Shown piece by piece: positions 19,598-29,847 of a stretch of 64,000 nt of DNA. The stretch lies in the NCBI GenBank assembly GCA_041483895.1, contig JBGPGO010000009.1, positions 32,001-96,000 on the forward strand, read 5' to 3'. The translations under genes were made by a program, and so were the position numbers. The notes under the pieces were generated by a model. It worked only from the letters and a program-made list of their open reading frames with translations. It did no database searches and had not been told where the DNA came from. The stretch comes from Fimbriimonadia bacterium. Its GTDB lineage: Bacteria; Armatimonadota; Fimbriimonadia; Fimbriimonadales; JABRVX01. Within the stretch, counting starts at the first letter, position 1, and each line of letters starts with the position of its first letter.

Positions 19598-20845
19598 CTA
19601 AATCAAATGAAACTTTGCCTGCCTTTCATCGATCAGCCGGCATTTGCCGCCGGTGAAAACGACCATCTCCTCCACGCTCATCCGGAACTCGTTTCCGCCC
19701 CATTCCGGCATGGGCTGGCTTACGGAAAGCTCCATCGTGAACGCCATGTTGTCTCGCAAGACAACGTCGCCTCGCCCCTCGCACCGCTCCTGCTCCCAGG
19801 GCAGCCCGATCAGCGGGCCAGGCTGATGCAAAAACAGGCCGAGGTTGTGGGAGTAGATGCGCGGATTCGGCACTTCTTCGCGCCTTGCGCGCGAGAGAAT
19901 GTTGGTCAGCATTTCGTTGCCGGTCAGCCCGACGCGGAATTCGTCGCGAAATATGTCCTGCAAACGGTGCACGTTGTCGAACACCTCGTACGCAAATGCG
20001 GGAGCATCCGTCTCTCCCGGTAGCAACAGGTAGCACCATTGTTGGTGATCGCTGCACAGTCGAAAATATTTGATTCCCACATCACATTGGAAAAAATCGC
20101 CCGCTCGAAGATAGGGATCATCCGATCCATACTGCAACTGCATCGCTTCCGATCGGCGGCGGATAAAAAACGGTGGGAAAGACAGGTCGAGGCCCAGATC
20201 CGCGGCGCGCTGCCGATAATGCCAGACGATGTCATCCGTTGTCGTTACCCCCGGCGTAACGACCTTGGTGCTGAAACATTCGGCGATAATAGCCTTCGCA
20301 ACGTCCGTGACCGTCTCATACAGTTCATTCTCTTCGCCTGTCAATGTCCCGGCCCAATGCACCACCATCGGTTCTGCGGACTCGAGACGCTCGACATACT
20401 CTTGTGGCAGCGCGATCACCAACTGCTGATATAGGTTCTGAGTCAATCCTCCCGCCGCCCATTGGATGCTGCCGATGTTGATCCCGATACGCTTTGGGGC
20501 TCGCTCCTTGACGGCCTTAGCCAACATCGCCCACTGCTCCGAATGGTTCGTGCCTTTCCATGGTTGTTGGAACAGTCCCTGCATGTCGGTCATCGACAGA
20601 TTGATCCGTTCGATCTCAGTTCCGGTATCGAAAAAGATAAGCATCTGCAGAATAGGGCACCAGGTATTCATGGGGCACATCGTGCTGAAGATCGGGTCCG
20701 GGTTATCCTCCTGGCAAATGATCAGCCACATATCGAACCCGCTCTCCCGCATCGCGGCAGGGAGGATCGTCTCCAATCGGCCCTTGATGAGCCCGTGGAC
20801 GACGGCGGCTTGATCTCGTTGTGGAAGAATTCGTGGCATGTTCAT
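19598..20845 (-). CDS. M24 family metallopeptidase (Xaa-Pro-like)
   Basis: GDFFQCDVGIKY..SDHQ, YSHNLG..HQPGP, MELSV..EE metal-ligand pattern. Confidence 0.85.
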   Translation of the reverse strand: MNMPRILPQRDQAAVVHGLIKGRLETILPAAMRESGFDMWLIICQEDNPDPIFSTMCPMNTWCPILQMLIFFDTGTEIERINLSMTDMQGLFQQPWKGTNHSEQWAMLAKAVKERAPKRIGINIGSIQWAAGGLTQNLYQQLVIALPQEYVERLESAEPMVVHWAGTLTGEENELYETVTDVAKAIIAECFSTKVVTPGVTTTDDIVWHYRQRAADLGLDLSFPPFFIRRRSEAMQLQYGSDDPYLRAGDFFQCDVGIKYFRLCSDHQQWCYLLLPGETDAPAFAYEVFDNVHRLQDIFRDEFRVGLTGNEMLTNILSRARREEVPNPRIYSHNLGLFLHQPGPLIGLPWEQERCEGRGDVVLRDNMAFTMELSVSQPMPEWGGNEFRMSVEEMVVFTGGKCRLIDERQAKFHLI

Positions 20846-20905
20846 AGTGTACTAGCGACTATACACGATCCAGGACAATCCGAGCAGGCGCCGAATCCGA
20901 GTCGG

Positions 20906-23900
20906 GTGGATATTGCCCTCTTTCTTGCGTCGGCCGCAGTCCTAGTCGTTGCGGCGAAAGCTCCTGCCGCAGATCGCCCGACGATCTCCCTCGACGGCGT
21001 TTGGCAATTCCGCTTTGCCCCGGACGATCGCGGCACTTCGGAGCGTTGGTTCGACGGATCTAATGGATTTGATCGAACGATCAAGGTCCCCGGCTGTTGG
21101 GACGCACAGGGCGTGGGCGAGTCTACGGACAAGCTTCGCCACAGCGCCATCGGGGTCGGCTGGTATCGTCGGATCTTCTCGATCCCTCGTGACTGGCGAG
21201 GACGCAAAGTCTGGCTTGTGGTTGGCGGAGTTCATCGGTCGGCGGACTTCTGGGTGAACGGCCGGCACGCGGGAGAGCATATCGGATATCCCACTTCGTT
21301 CCGCATCGATATTACAAACGCTCTCATCCAAGGAAAGACTCAAGCGTTGGTGATCGCGGTGGATAGTCGAAGGACGCTTGATGAAGACGCGCTCACGGGG
21401 ACCTTCGATGTGATCGACTACATGGACCTCACGTGGGGTGGGATCTTCGAGCACGTCTCGTTGGAGGCGACAGGCGACACCTGGCTCGATGACATATTTT
21501 GCCTACCAGACCCGACGATGCATAGCGTAACCGTGCAACCGTCGTTGGGTGGCGAATCCGATCGCGGTCTTACGATCGACTACACTGTGTTGGACGGGAG
21601 GCAGGTTTACGCAAACGGCACGATAGCAATAGAATCGTTCCAAATCGATTTGCCGAACGCGCCGCTGTGGACGCCCGACGAACCACATTTGCTCACTTTG
21701 GAACTAACACTTAAGCGCGAGGGCGAATCACTGGACAAGAGGCGGGTCCGATTCGGCCTGCGCCGATTGGAGGTCCGCGGTCCCGACTTCATCCTCAACG
21801 GAGAGAGGTTCTTTCTACGAGGATATGGAGACGACTTCACTTTTCCGCGCGAACTGCTTCCGCCTGCAGATGTCGGGTACTGGAAAAAGTATCTTCAGAA
21901 GCGGAAGGACTTCGGGTTCAACGGCGTGCGCCACCATTCCATGATGCCCACTGAATCTTATTTGCAAGCAGCGGATGAAGTGGGGATGCTTGTCCAGCCG
22001 GAACTGCCGATCGCCTACCAGCCGTTTTTCGATCATGCTTCGCCGACGGCGCGCGAATTATATACACGGGTCTGGACAGACTACATTCGGCAAATGCGCA
22101 ATCACCCATCCGTGATGTCCTGGTGCATGGGCAATGAACTTTGGAACGGGTTTCCGATGGGCCCGGAGCTATACCGATTGGCGAAAGAGTTGGACCCGAC
22201 ACGGCCGGTGATTGATACGGACGGCATAGGGCCAAGCATAGATCGGCTGACGCTCGACTATCATATGGTGCAGTTCGACGAGGGCCAACTGCCGTGGGGA
22301 ACGCATCGCGGCAAATATGAAATCACCAAGCCGGCGAAGCCGACCCTCGTCCACGAAATGGCCAACATTTCCGTCCTTCCCAGCCCGTCGGACATCCCGA
22401 AATATGATGGTGCAGTCAAGCCGTTTTGGTTGCAAGAGATGGCGGCCGCAGTGCGCAAGCAAGGGCTGGAGAAAGAGCTTCCCGCGATGCTAGCAGCTTC
22501 CGCGCACTTGCAGGCCAGCCTGCTGAAGTTGAACATCGAGGCGGCGCGACTCAGCCCAGGAATCGATGGCTTCCATCAATGGCTTTTCCGCGACTACTGG
22601 ACGCGAAGCTCCGGATTCGTGAATCAGTTGGACCAATCGCGGGCGATCTCGCCGAAGCAGGCGCGGATGTTCAACTCATCCGCCGTGCTGCTTTGGGATC
22701 ATGACCGGGTGAACTTTCGGTCGGGCGAAGAGATTTCCCTGCGTGTATTCCTTTCCGACTTCCGGCCTTCGAAAGAGCCACCGATCACAAGGGTTCGGTT
22801 ACGGCTGGGGGATGCGGAAGTTCTGCTGGAGCCGCCAACGGAAACAGGTGGACGTGGACTCGTCGGTCCGTGGACCGGCTCCTTGCGCGCGCCCATCCTT
22901 TCGCGACCAAAAAAGCTGGTTTTGCGAGCGACCACCGAGGGCATCATCAACGAATGGCCGGTATGGATTTTTCCACCCGCACCCGCAACTTCTGGCGGAA
23001 TCATCGTGACGCGATGGCTGACCAAAGATGTGCTCGAACGATTGCGAAACGGTGCATCTGTCCTGCTCACCGACGACCGTGAAGTGTTTCCCCAAATCGA
23101 TGCGCGGTTCAAGCCCGCATGGTGGAAGGGGGACGAAAACGATCACTCCTTCGGCAACATGTTCTCCAAGCATCCCGCACTCAAAGAATTTCCGACGGAT
23201 GGATACGGAGACCTTCAGACGTTCGCCCTATTGGACCGCCGGCCCGTCGTGGTGCTGGACCAAGTGCCGGGCCACATCGAACCGATCGTATGGTGTCTCG
23301 ACCTGCCGTGGCGCATGGCGCGAAAAGCCTATCTGTTCGAGGCGCGGGTTGGAAAGGGCCGACTTGTTGTCAGCACCATGAATCTGTCGCAGGACCCGGC
23401 GTCGCAATGGATGTTCTCCGCGCTGACCCGCTACGTCGCAAGCGACGCATGCAAGCCGAAAGCCGAGCTGCCCTATGAATGGTTGGCGGAGCGAGTCGGC
23501 CGAATGGACCTGCCGGACCGCGCGACATGGATCGAGGGGTTCCATCAGTTGGTGGAAGCCACTGAAGGCGAATCGAAATGGCTCACATATCGGGAAGACG
23601 ATGCCGTTCAATATGTAGTGCGCCAGACGGATGGAAAGCAGCGCGTCCGCTGGATGGCTACACCGGTCCCCAAGGACTGGCCGCACAAGACGGTCACCTT
23701 CGCGTGGGCCGGCGGAATCGGCTATCTCTCCCAACCGGATCGCGGATCATTCGCGCTTTCCGTCGATGCGGAGACGCTGGAAATCCCTTCGTCACAAAGT
23801 CCTCGCAATGGAACAGCGCGGACGGTTCGATGACGCTGCGCTACTTGGTGCGGCGACGGACCGGCGAGGACACGCTCGGCATCTTCTTGCTCACCCTGCC

Positions 23901-24048
23901 CGCCAACCAGGTCGCGGGCCGATCCATTGAGCTGACGCTTTCTTCCTCCGTGGAGGGTTCCCGCCGCTGGATCAGCGTGGTCCCTTATAGTGACGTGATC
24001 ACGGGCCCTAGCGCCGCCGCGGCCCCTCCGGAACTTGCACTTTTGTAA
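20906..24048 (+). CDS. Secreted glycoside hydrolase family 2 protein with an apparent frameshift near 23785
   Basis: ISLDGVWQF, VPGCW, FGLRRLEV, GFNGVRHH, RNHPSVMSWCMGNE. The main frame stops at 23833; protein-like sequence continues in another frame to 24048. Confidence 0.82.
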
Positions 24049-24436
24049 CGGGCTCATGATTGCCGCGGTGGCACATGAAGCAGGTGGCCCTGCCGTCCAG
24101 AATCTTCTCCCGTTTGTTGATGTCCTTCACCATCAGCATCATCTGCCGCGCGATTCTTTTCGTCTTCTTGTCGTCTTTCTCCCATCCGGTGTGGTCCGCG
24201 CTGATCACGTGGCAGAAGTCGCACTGCACGCCAAGCGATGCGGCGTTGGTCCGCATGATTGCGATCACCTGTTCGGCGGATAATCCCTTAAGGACCTTGA
24301 TGTTCTTCAGCTTGATGTTTGGCGGCTGCTGCCGGCCCCGTTGTGCGGCGCTGAAACAGGCGAGCAGGGCAAATGTGACGGCGACCATAAGGGCCGTCCG
24401 GGCAAAGGGAACGGCGCGTCGATAAGGCATCGGCAT
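24008..24436 (-). CDS. Small diheme c-type cytochrome (reaction-centre cytochrome c subunit family-like)
   Basis: Signal peptide; KNIKVL, SLGVQCDFCH, ARQMMLMVKDIN, TCFMCHRG (two CxxCH). Confidence 0.85.
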   Translation of the reverse strand: MPMPYRRAVPFARTALMVAVTFALLACFSAAQRGRQQPPNIKLKNIKVLKGLSAEQVIAIMRTNAASLGVQCDFCHVISADHTGWEKDDKKTKRIARQMMLMVKDINKREKILDGRATCFMCHRGNHEPVTKVQVPEGPRRR

Positions 24437-24690
24437 TGACTTCGTCTCCTGGTGTGGGTTTTTTTCCGGCGCGCTCCCCGCGCCGGCCGGATTTTACCAA
24501 ATACCCGGCAGGGGTACTCATTCCTGCCTGACACCGCTCCACAAGGGGATCGGCAGGCGGTGGGATATCGGCGTGCGGGCCCGCGGCTGCAACGGTGCTC
24601 TTCATTGTTCCGCGGGCCTTTGGGGTCGGAACTTGGTAGGATTGAAGACATTTTCTTTGACGATCGCATCGTCAAAGCCATCTTCAAATC

Positions 24691-25089
24691 CTACGACCCA
24701 TACGCCTGCGCGACAGCGAAGGAATCCTGCAACTCCTCTAACTTGCACGGCTTTCCGTCGCGGAAATGAAAGATGTGCACGAACGAGGTGGGCGCGGCTT
24801 TGCCCGTCGCCTTGCAGCGCGTGGTCATGTGCCCAATGCAGACCACGATGTCGCCATCCGCCAGGAACGTCTGCGGGGCGAACTCCTCCATGGTGCAGCT
24901 CTCGTCCATCGCGGAGAAGAACCCGGCGACGCCCTGCCTGCCGTTGCGAACGCCGTAGAAGGGGACGGTGGGCGGTCCGTGCACGGTCCAACTGATGTCG
25001 TCCGACAGGGTGTCGAGAATGGCGTTGATGTCCCCGCGCCCAAACGCGGCGTACATCTCTTTTATGGTTTGTATGTTTTGACTGTCCAT
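24691..25089 (-). CDS. SnoaL-like / NTF2 family protein
   Basis: YAAFGRGDINAIL..DDISW..PFYG..GRQGVAGFF. Confidence 0.88.
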   Translation of the reverse strand: MDSQNIQTIKEMYAAFGRGDINAILDTLSDDISWTVHGPPTVPFYGVRNGRQGVAGFFSAMDESCTMEEFAPQTFLADGDIVVCIGHMTTRCKATGKAAPTSFVHIFHFRDGKPCKLEELQDSFAVAQAYGS

Positions 25090-25204
25090 ACCGCTAGTAT
25101 AGGCGATTGAGTATGACCCGATCCTGAGCGGGGGGTTTTCTTTTTGCTGAAAATGCGTCGCAGCCAAGCGCGGCAAACCATCCGTCATGCGCCGGACGTC
25201 AGTG

Positions 25205-25795
25205 TTACCGCCGCCATGGTTTCGGCGGAATCTCTGGTAAGTCTATGGATTGCGCTCTTGCGACGTACTCCGAGAATGGCCGAACATACCATGCTAGGCG
25301 TGCGAGAATCTCGGAAAGGGAGCGGCCTGTTTTTGCTGCCATGCTATGAAGCGCGTTCGTAACGGCCGCCGGATCATGGTCGTAGAGGACTTTCAAGTAA
25401 TCGGCCGGGTGCGTCGCGCTGATACCCCAAGGTTTGAGCGCTGCAGGCGTGAAGTCCTTCACGTTAAAGGTCACGATGACTTCCGACTTTGAATGGATCG
25501 CCGCAGCGAGCACGTGGCGGTCTTTGGGGTGATTCGTGCATTCCGGAATGTACTGTTCGAATCCAGTCACCATTGCTTCGGGGAAGAACTCTTTCGCGGC
25601 TTTGATTCTGGAATCCGCAAGGGCATTTTCCCATCCAAGTATATTAATGTAGGTTCGTCGCGTCTCCTCCCAAATCTGCTCCGTCCATTTCGGCAACAGG
25701 AGTCTGGGTTCCTCGGAGAGTCGGAGGAACAGGTCGGAAACGGCCGCTTCCGCGAGCACACAGGCGTCGAGAACGACTGGAAAGTCGGCTCTCAA
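25205..25795 (-). CDS. PIN domain protein (putative toxin)
   Basis: VVLDACVL, HPKDRHVLAAA, IVTFNVKDF; start codon uncertain (TTG 25795 assumed). Confidence 0.85.
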   Translation of the reverse strand: MRADFPVVLDACVLAEAAVSDLFLRLSEEPRLLLPKWTEQIWEETRRTYINILGWENALADSRIKAAKEFFPEAMVTGFEQYIPECTNHPKDRHVLAAAIHSKSEVIVTFNVKDFTPAALKPWGISATHPADYLKVLYDHDPAAVTNALHSMAAKTGRSLSEILARLAWYVRPFSEYVARAQSIDLPEIPPKPWRR

Positions 25796-25799
25796 TATC

Positions 25800-26270
25800 T
25801 CACCGTTCTGATTCGTCGCGTTCCAATGGAGCGAAGCGGTCGTAGACGTCCGCTTCCACAAGTTCTTCCGTCATCCTGTCGAGGCCGGCCTTTCGAACCC
25901 TGCTGCGATCGTGCTGAAACTTGACAAGGTCTTTGAAGAAAACCCTGCGATGTGTCCCGGCGTGGTGAAATGGGATCTTTTCATCTTCCAGCAGACGTAC
26001 GAGATATTGCCGCGAGACGCCGAGGAAGTTAGCGGCTGCCTGAGTCGTAAAAGCCTCATTCTCATGCATCAGGAAGACAGCTTCTCTGCGCTTCATCGCT
26101 TCGACAACGGCGACGAACAGATCGTTCAAAGCTTTGGGGAGCTCGATGGTTTCTCCTTTGGCTCCGATGAGGACGGGCCTGGCCCCTCCTTCCACCACTA
26201 GGAAGAGATCTCTTAATTGCTCGGCCGACATGTCAGACGGGTCAATCCGGATATCAGCGAGTGCGCTCAT
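25800..26270 (-). CDS. Excisionase-family HTH DNA-binding protein (putative antitoxin of the PIN gene)
   Basis: FTTQAAANFLGVSRQYLVRLLE..IPF...GTHRRV. Confidence 0.88.
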   Translation of the reverse strand: MSALADIRIDPSDMSAEQLRDLFLVVEGGARPVLIGAKGETIELPKALNDLFVAVVEAMKRREAVFLMHENEAFTTQAAANFLGVSRQYLVRLLEDEKIPFHHAGTHRRVFFKDLVKFQHDRSRVRKAGLDRMTEELVEADVYDRFAPLERDESER

Positions 26271-26458
26271 GAGACAATTATAGTTCATATTCGCTATAAA
26301 CGCAACTAGTTAGATTACTGGTTATGCCATTGTCGTCGTTAGCACGGCGGCTTCGAACGGCGAAAACGGCAAACTGTCCTAACTTGGCGTGAACTCGAAC
26401 ACAGGGGCGTAAATGAGAGTCAACGCGCTTGACGTTTTTACGCAAGGATGCGTCGTCC

Positions 26459-28003
26459 TTACCACTCGCCGGTCATTCGGAAATTGATAAAGATCCTGTT
26501 CAAATCTGATATGGTAGTAATGTTGTCGCCGTCCAAATCACCATCCGGACCGCCGAAGCCAACGATGACAATATTCAGGTCGTTAAGATCGATCGAGTCA
26601 TTATTGTCAGCGTCCCCTGAGAAGCAAAACGCATTTATCGCGGGACCGGGCGAGACGACTCCAGTTATCAAAGTACTTAGATACCGGTCAGCTTTGAGGC
26701 CGATATCGAACGTCCCTGTTGGCAGAATAAGATTGTATGTGCCGTCGGAACTTGGATCAATCCGCCTCCAGGCAAATGGTTGCGACGAACCGGGTGTTCG
26801 CAGATCGTAGGTAATGGGGGGAAAAGGAGCCTCCGGCACCCTGCTCTCAAATTCGACGTTAATTTTGATTGTGTTCCTGTCTGACGACACCGCAAGGCTG
26901 TGAACGAAACCATCGTCAGCTCCGACGGAAAGACCCGCTGCGGAAAGCCATAGGGGTGAATGGATCGGCCAGCCCCATAGAGGCGAGACCGAATAATCCC
27001 ATCTGTAGTTCCCGTCTGGTCCGTAGCAATAGATCCGATCCAAATTCGTGAGATAGAAGTTTCCGAGGGCGTCGACGACGGGAGTCTGTTGGAATTGGCT
27101 GGTAAAGGTACTCTTAGACCATTCAATGGCTCCAGCCGGCGAGAACCTGATGATCTGGTTCGCGGTATCCTGCAATATGATCAAGGCATCCCCATTTTGC
27201 GCTACAGCCAAGGCTCCTGGGTATCCGTTTTGGAAATGGTACGACCACAAAACATGACCCTGAAGGTCCAAGCAGGCGACATCGTAAAAGCCGCTCGGTT
27301 GATCGACAATCTGACATGTAACGTAAAGCCGGTCTTTGCCGCAAAAGCCCAGGATATTCGGAGACTGCATGAATCCCGGGATATCAACGCTAGTCCATTG
27401 ATTGTCCCCGTCAATTCGAACGAGTTTGCACTTGCCTGGTCCTTTTGCCGACACGACATAAATTGCGCCGTCTCGTCCTTCAACTGGCTGCGAACAGGAA
27501 CCACCAACATCCACAACGGTTTGACCCGTGTAGACAGATAAAAAGTTTACTCCCGTGTCGGATAGGCTGACGAGGACACCGTCGCGCCGCACGATGGCGA
27601 AGTTCCCGTTGATTCGGTCCATTCTAATGCCATCCGCTGAGAATAGAGCCCCGCCGAGCAAGGCGAGACCATTATTCAGTAAGAATGATTTTCCCTGGTA
27701 ACTTTGGCTCGGGTAACCCCATAGAGTTGATCCATCGTTTGCAAAGGCGAACGCTCCCTCTTGCGCAGAAATAAATGTACGACCATCTTCCGTACCGACT
27801 CCAGGGAAATAGATGTAGCCGGCACAGTCGCCCTTCCAAATTTGCGAAGGTGGCTCATTTAGTCGAACAAAATCGTTACGAGACGATCCTTGTGCGTCGT
27901 GGTATGGCATTGGCCATGCCGACGGATCGTATTGGCCGTGAGCAGTTCCAGCCAGGGTGATTAGCACGGCAGCACAGAGTCCAAATTGCGATGGAGCACT
28001 CAT
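26459..28003 (-). CDS. Secreted PQQ-like beta-propeller protein with C-terminal Ig + dockerin-like module
   Basis: Signal peptide, WPMPYHDAQ, repeated DG...W blades, GDADNNDSIDLNDLN...DLDGD..TISDLN. Confidence 0.8.
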   Translation of the reverse strand: MSAPSQFGLCAAVLITLAGTAHGQYDPSAWPMPYHDAQGSSRNDFVRLNEPPSQIWKGDCAGYIYFPGVGTEDGRTFISAQEGAFAFANDGSTLWGYPSQSYQGKSFLLNNGLALLGGALFSADGIRMDRINGNFAIVRRDGVLVSLSDTGVNFLSVYTGQTVVDVGGSCSQPVEGRDGAIYVVSAKGPGKCKLVRIDGDNQWTSVDIPGFMQSPNILGFCGKDRLYVTCQIVDQPSGFYDVACLDLQGHVLWSYHFQNGYPGALAVAQNGDALIILQDTANQIIRFSPAGAIEWSKSTFTSQFQQTPVVDALGNFYLTNLDRIYCYGPDGNYRWDYSVSPLWGWPIHSPLWLSAAGLSVGADDGFVHSLAVSSDRNTIKINVEFESRVPEAPFPPITYDLRTPGSSQPFAWRRIDPSSDGTYNLILPTGTFDIGLKADRYLSTLITGVVSPGPAINAFCFSGDADNNDSIDLNDLNIVIVGFGGPDGDLDGDNITTISDLNRIFINFRMTGEW

Positions 28004-28118
28004 ACTATAAGTATACAGCAGAACGTCAAAAGAAACCAGAATCGTTCAATTTGGCCAGGCAGCTTGAGGCGACGGTTTAGGCCGGCGCTAGGAAAAACAG
28101 CTCGGCTACGCCGGTGCG

Positions 28119-28733
28119 TCAGGTGCTAACGAGTTGTCTCAGGCGTTGGCGGACGGCGCGTTTGGCCTCGCGGGCGGCGCCGTCGGAGATGTGCAGGGCA
28201 GAACAGATGGCCGCGTTCACCTCGTCGTCTGGCACAGTGAGGAGGAGGCGCGCGATCAGACGTTGACGCGGGTTGAGGGATGACTGTGCGGCGGTGATGC
28301 GATTCAGTACACGTTCCGTGTCCAACTCCCCAATGAGTTCACCTTCCCAATCTTGGGGGTCTGGCAGATCAAAGGTTCCCGTCTCGGCCATCTCGTCCAC
28401 GCTGACCATCTCGGCCTTCGCGGTCCGCTCCGATTCGCGGCGCAACTTGCTGAGCGCAAGGAAGGAGGCCTGCTTTTGCACTAGCGAGCGGAATTCCGCG
28501 TATGTTCCGGTCTCTTCGAAGCACTGGCACTTCGCCGCGCCGGCCCATACCTTCTCAAACGTCTCGGCAACCAGATCTTCAATCTCGCCCCGCAGCTTGG
28601 GGTAGTTCTGCCAGAGGGTTTTCGCGAGGTGGCTGCGCTCGGCGCGGACCAGTTGATCCATCGCCCGCCCGGCCTCGTCACCCCCGGCCCGTATTTGGGC
28701 CGCTAGTACAGAAAATCTTGTTTCGATTTCCAT
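28119..28733 (-). CDS. Divergent sigma-70 / ECF-like RNA polymerase sigma factor
   Basis: Region-2-like EDLVAETFEKVW and region-4-like SLNPRQRLI...ICSALHISDGAAREAKRAVRQRLR; RBS AAGGGAG. Confidence 0.72.
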   Translation of the reverse strand: MEIETRFSVLAAQIRAGGDEAGRAMDQLVRAERSHLAKTLWQNYPKLRGEIEDLVAETFEKVWAGAAKCQCFEETGTYAEFRSLVQKQASFLALSKLRRESERTAKAEMVSVDEMAETGTFDLPDPQDWEGELIGELDTERVLNRITAAQSSLNPRQRLIARLLLTVPDDEVNAAICSALHISDGAAREAKRAVRQRLRQLVST

Positions 28734-28765
28734 CTTCTTACTCCCTTGTGATGGCGGATGACCGA

Positions 28766-28915
28766 TCAGTCGCCGATCAGGTCGCCATCCCCCTTTCCCT
28801 TGCCGATGGTCAGGTGGGAGATATCGGACTTGCCTTTGTGTGGCTGGGCGAACGATGTGGACACGATGCCAACCCAGACGATTGCGGCAATGAGCAGCAG
28901 TTTCAAGATTTTCAT
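28766..28915 (-). CDS. 49-aa secreted peptide (below the ORF-track length cutoff)
   Basis: MKILKLLLIAAIVWVGIVSTSFA-QPHKGKSDISHLTIGKGKGDGDLIGD. SD GAGGAGG precedes it, its ATG overlaps the TPR gene stop (ATGA), and it has a Sec-type n/h/c signal ending SFA. Confidence 0.78.
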   Translation of the reverse strand: MKILKLLLIAAIVWVGIVSTSFAQPHKGKSDISHLTIGKGKGDGDLIGD

Positions 28916-29628
28916 ATTCGGCCTCCTCGGTACTTCACATGAAGCGCGGTGTACTTTTCCTTCGCGTGTCCTGATAGTATCTCAAAATCGTTGTTTTTGC
29001 CAGCCTCTTTTAGCGTGGCGTTCGATTCTTCGGCCCGGTCCAGCAGGTGGAGAATGCCCCATAGCTCCAGCCTCCAGGCGGTGTTGCCAGGGTCGATCTC
29101 CAGCGCCTTGCGGGTCAATTCGGCTGCCTTTTGCAGCTTCGCTGCTTCAATCTCTTCGACGCCCTGTTGGGTCAAAAGTTCTGCCAGGTTTCGATAAGCC
29201 GGTCCAAGGACGCTGTCGGTCTCCGGGGTTCTGTCCGCGGCGAATTGTTGGATGAGGTTTTCCAGCAAACGCCCGCACTCTTGCCAGCCTTCTCTCGATG
29301 CTTCGTGGAGGTAGGCGAGGGCCAGGTTGCTCTTCGCCGGCGCATAGTCCTCGATGGCCAGGCATTTCTTATAGGCCTCGATGGCTTCCATCATGCGGTC
29401 TTCGCGCACGGCCTGGTTGCCTTCTCGGTAGGCGGCGAGGGCTTCGGGTGATTGGGGAGCGGGGAAGATGCGCTTCCACTCATAATCCGTTTGGGTCTCG
29501 AACCGCTGCTGGAACTCGGCGTCGAGGGGCTCCTCGCCGACGGGCCGCCCTTCGCGGATGGCGAATTGGGCGGTGTAGCTGTCCCTTTTTTTCTCTTTGG
29601 TGGTCGGCATTTCCGGTTCCTCTGGCAC
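28912..29628 (-). CDS. Tetratricopeptide-repeat protein, no signal peptide
   Basis: EAIEAYKKCLAI..YAPAKSNLALAY; AYRNLAELL; KALEIDPGN. Confidence 0.82.
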   Translation of the reverse strand: MPEEPEMPTTKEKKRDSYTAQFAIREGRPVGEEPLDAEFQQRFETQTDYEWKRIFPAPQSPEALAAYREGNQAVREDRMMEAIEAYKKCLAIEDYAPAKSNLALAYLHEASREGWQECGRLLENLIQQFAADRTPETDSVLGPAYRNLAELLTQQGVEEIEAAKLQKAAELTRKALEIDPGNTAWRLELWGILHLLDRAEESNATLKEAGKNNDFEILSGHAKEKYTALHVKYRGGRI

Positions 29629-29805
29629 TTCTGCTCCACTCCTCTTGACGCAGGGTTCTTTCGGGGCGTCAGGGGGATTTTATCTTTTTTTACGTTTTTG
29701 GCGGATTCAGCGCCGGGGTCTGGGTTAGGGGCACGTGGGAAGTGGTCGGTAGGAGTGAACCCCGGCGCATCCACACTTTGGCACGCTGACCCTCGGCTCC
29801 AGAGT

Positions 29806-29837
29806 GAAGCCCCGAACCCTAGGGTTCGGGGCTTTTT
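29806..29837. terminator. Strong hairpin, probable terminator downstream of the GYD gene
   Basis: AAGCCCCGAACCC-TA-GGGTTCGGGGCTT followed by a T run. Confidence 0.6.
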
Positions 29838-29847
29838 CGAATCGTAA

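Noticed and set aside
20462..20905. N-terminal extension of the second GH2 ORF
   Set aside because: It overlaps the M24 peptidase on the opposite strand; a signal-peptide-like start lies at GTG 20906.
25800..26270. Prophage excisionase
   Set aside because: No integrase or phage genes; pairing with a PIN gene fits a toxin-antitoxin module.
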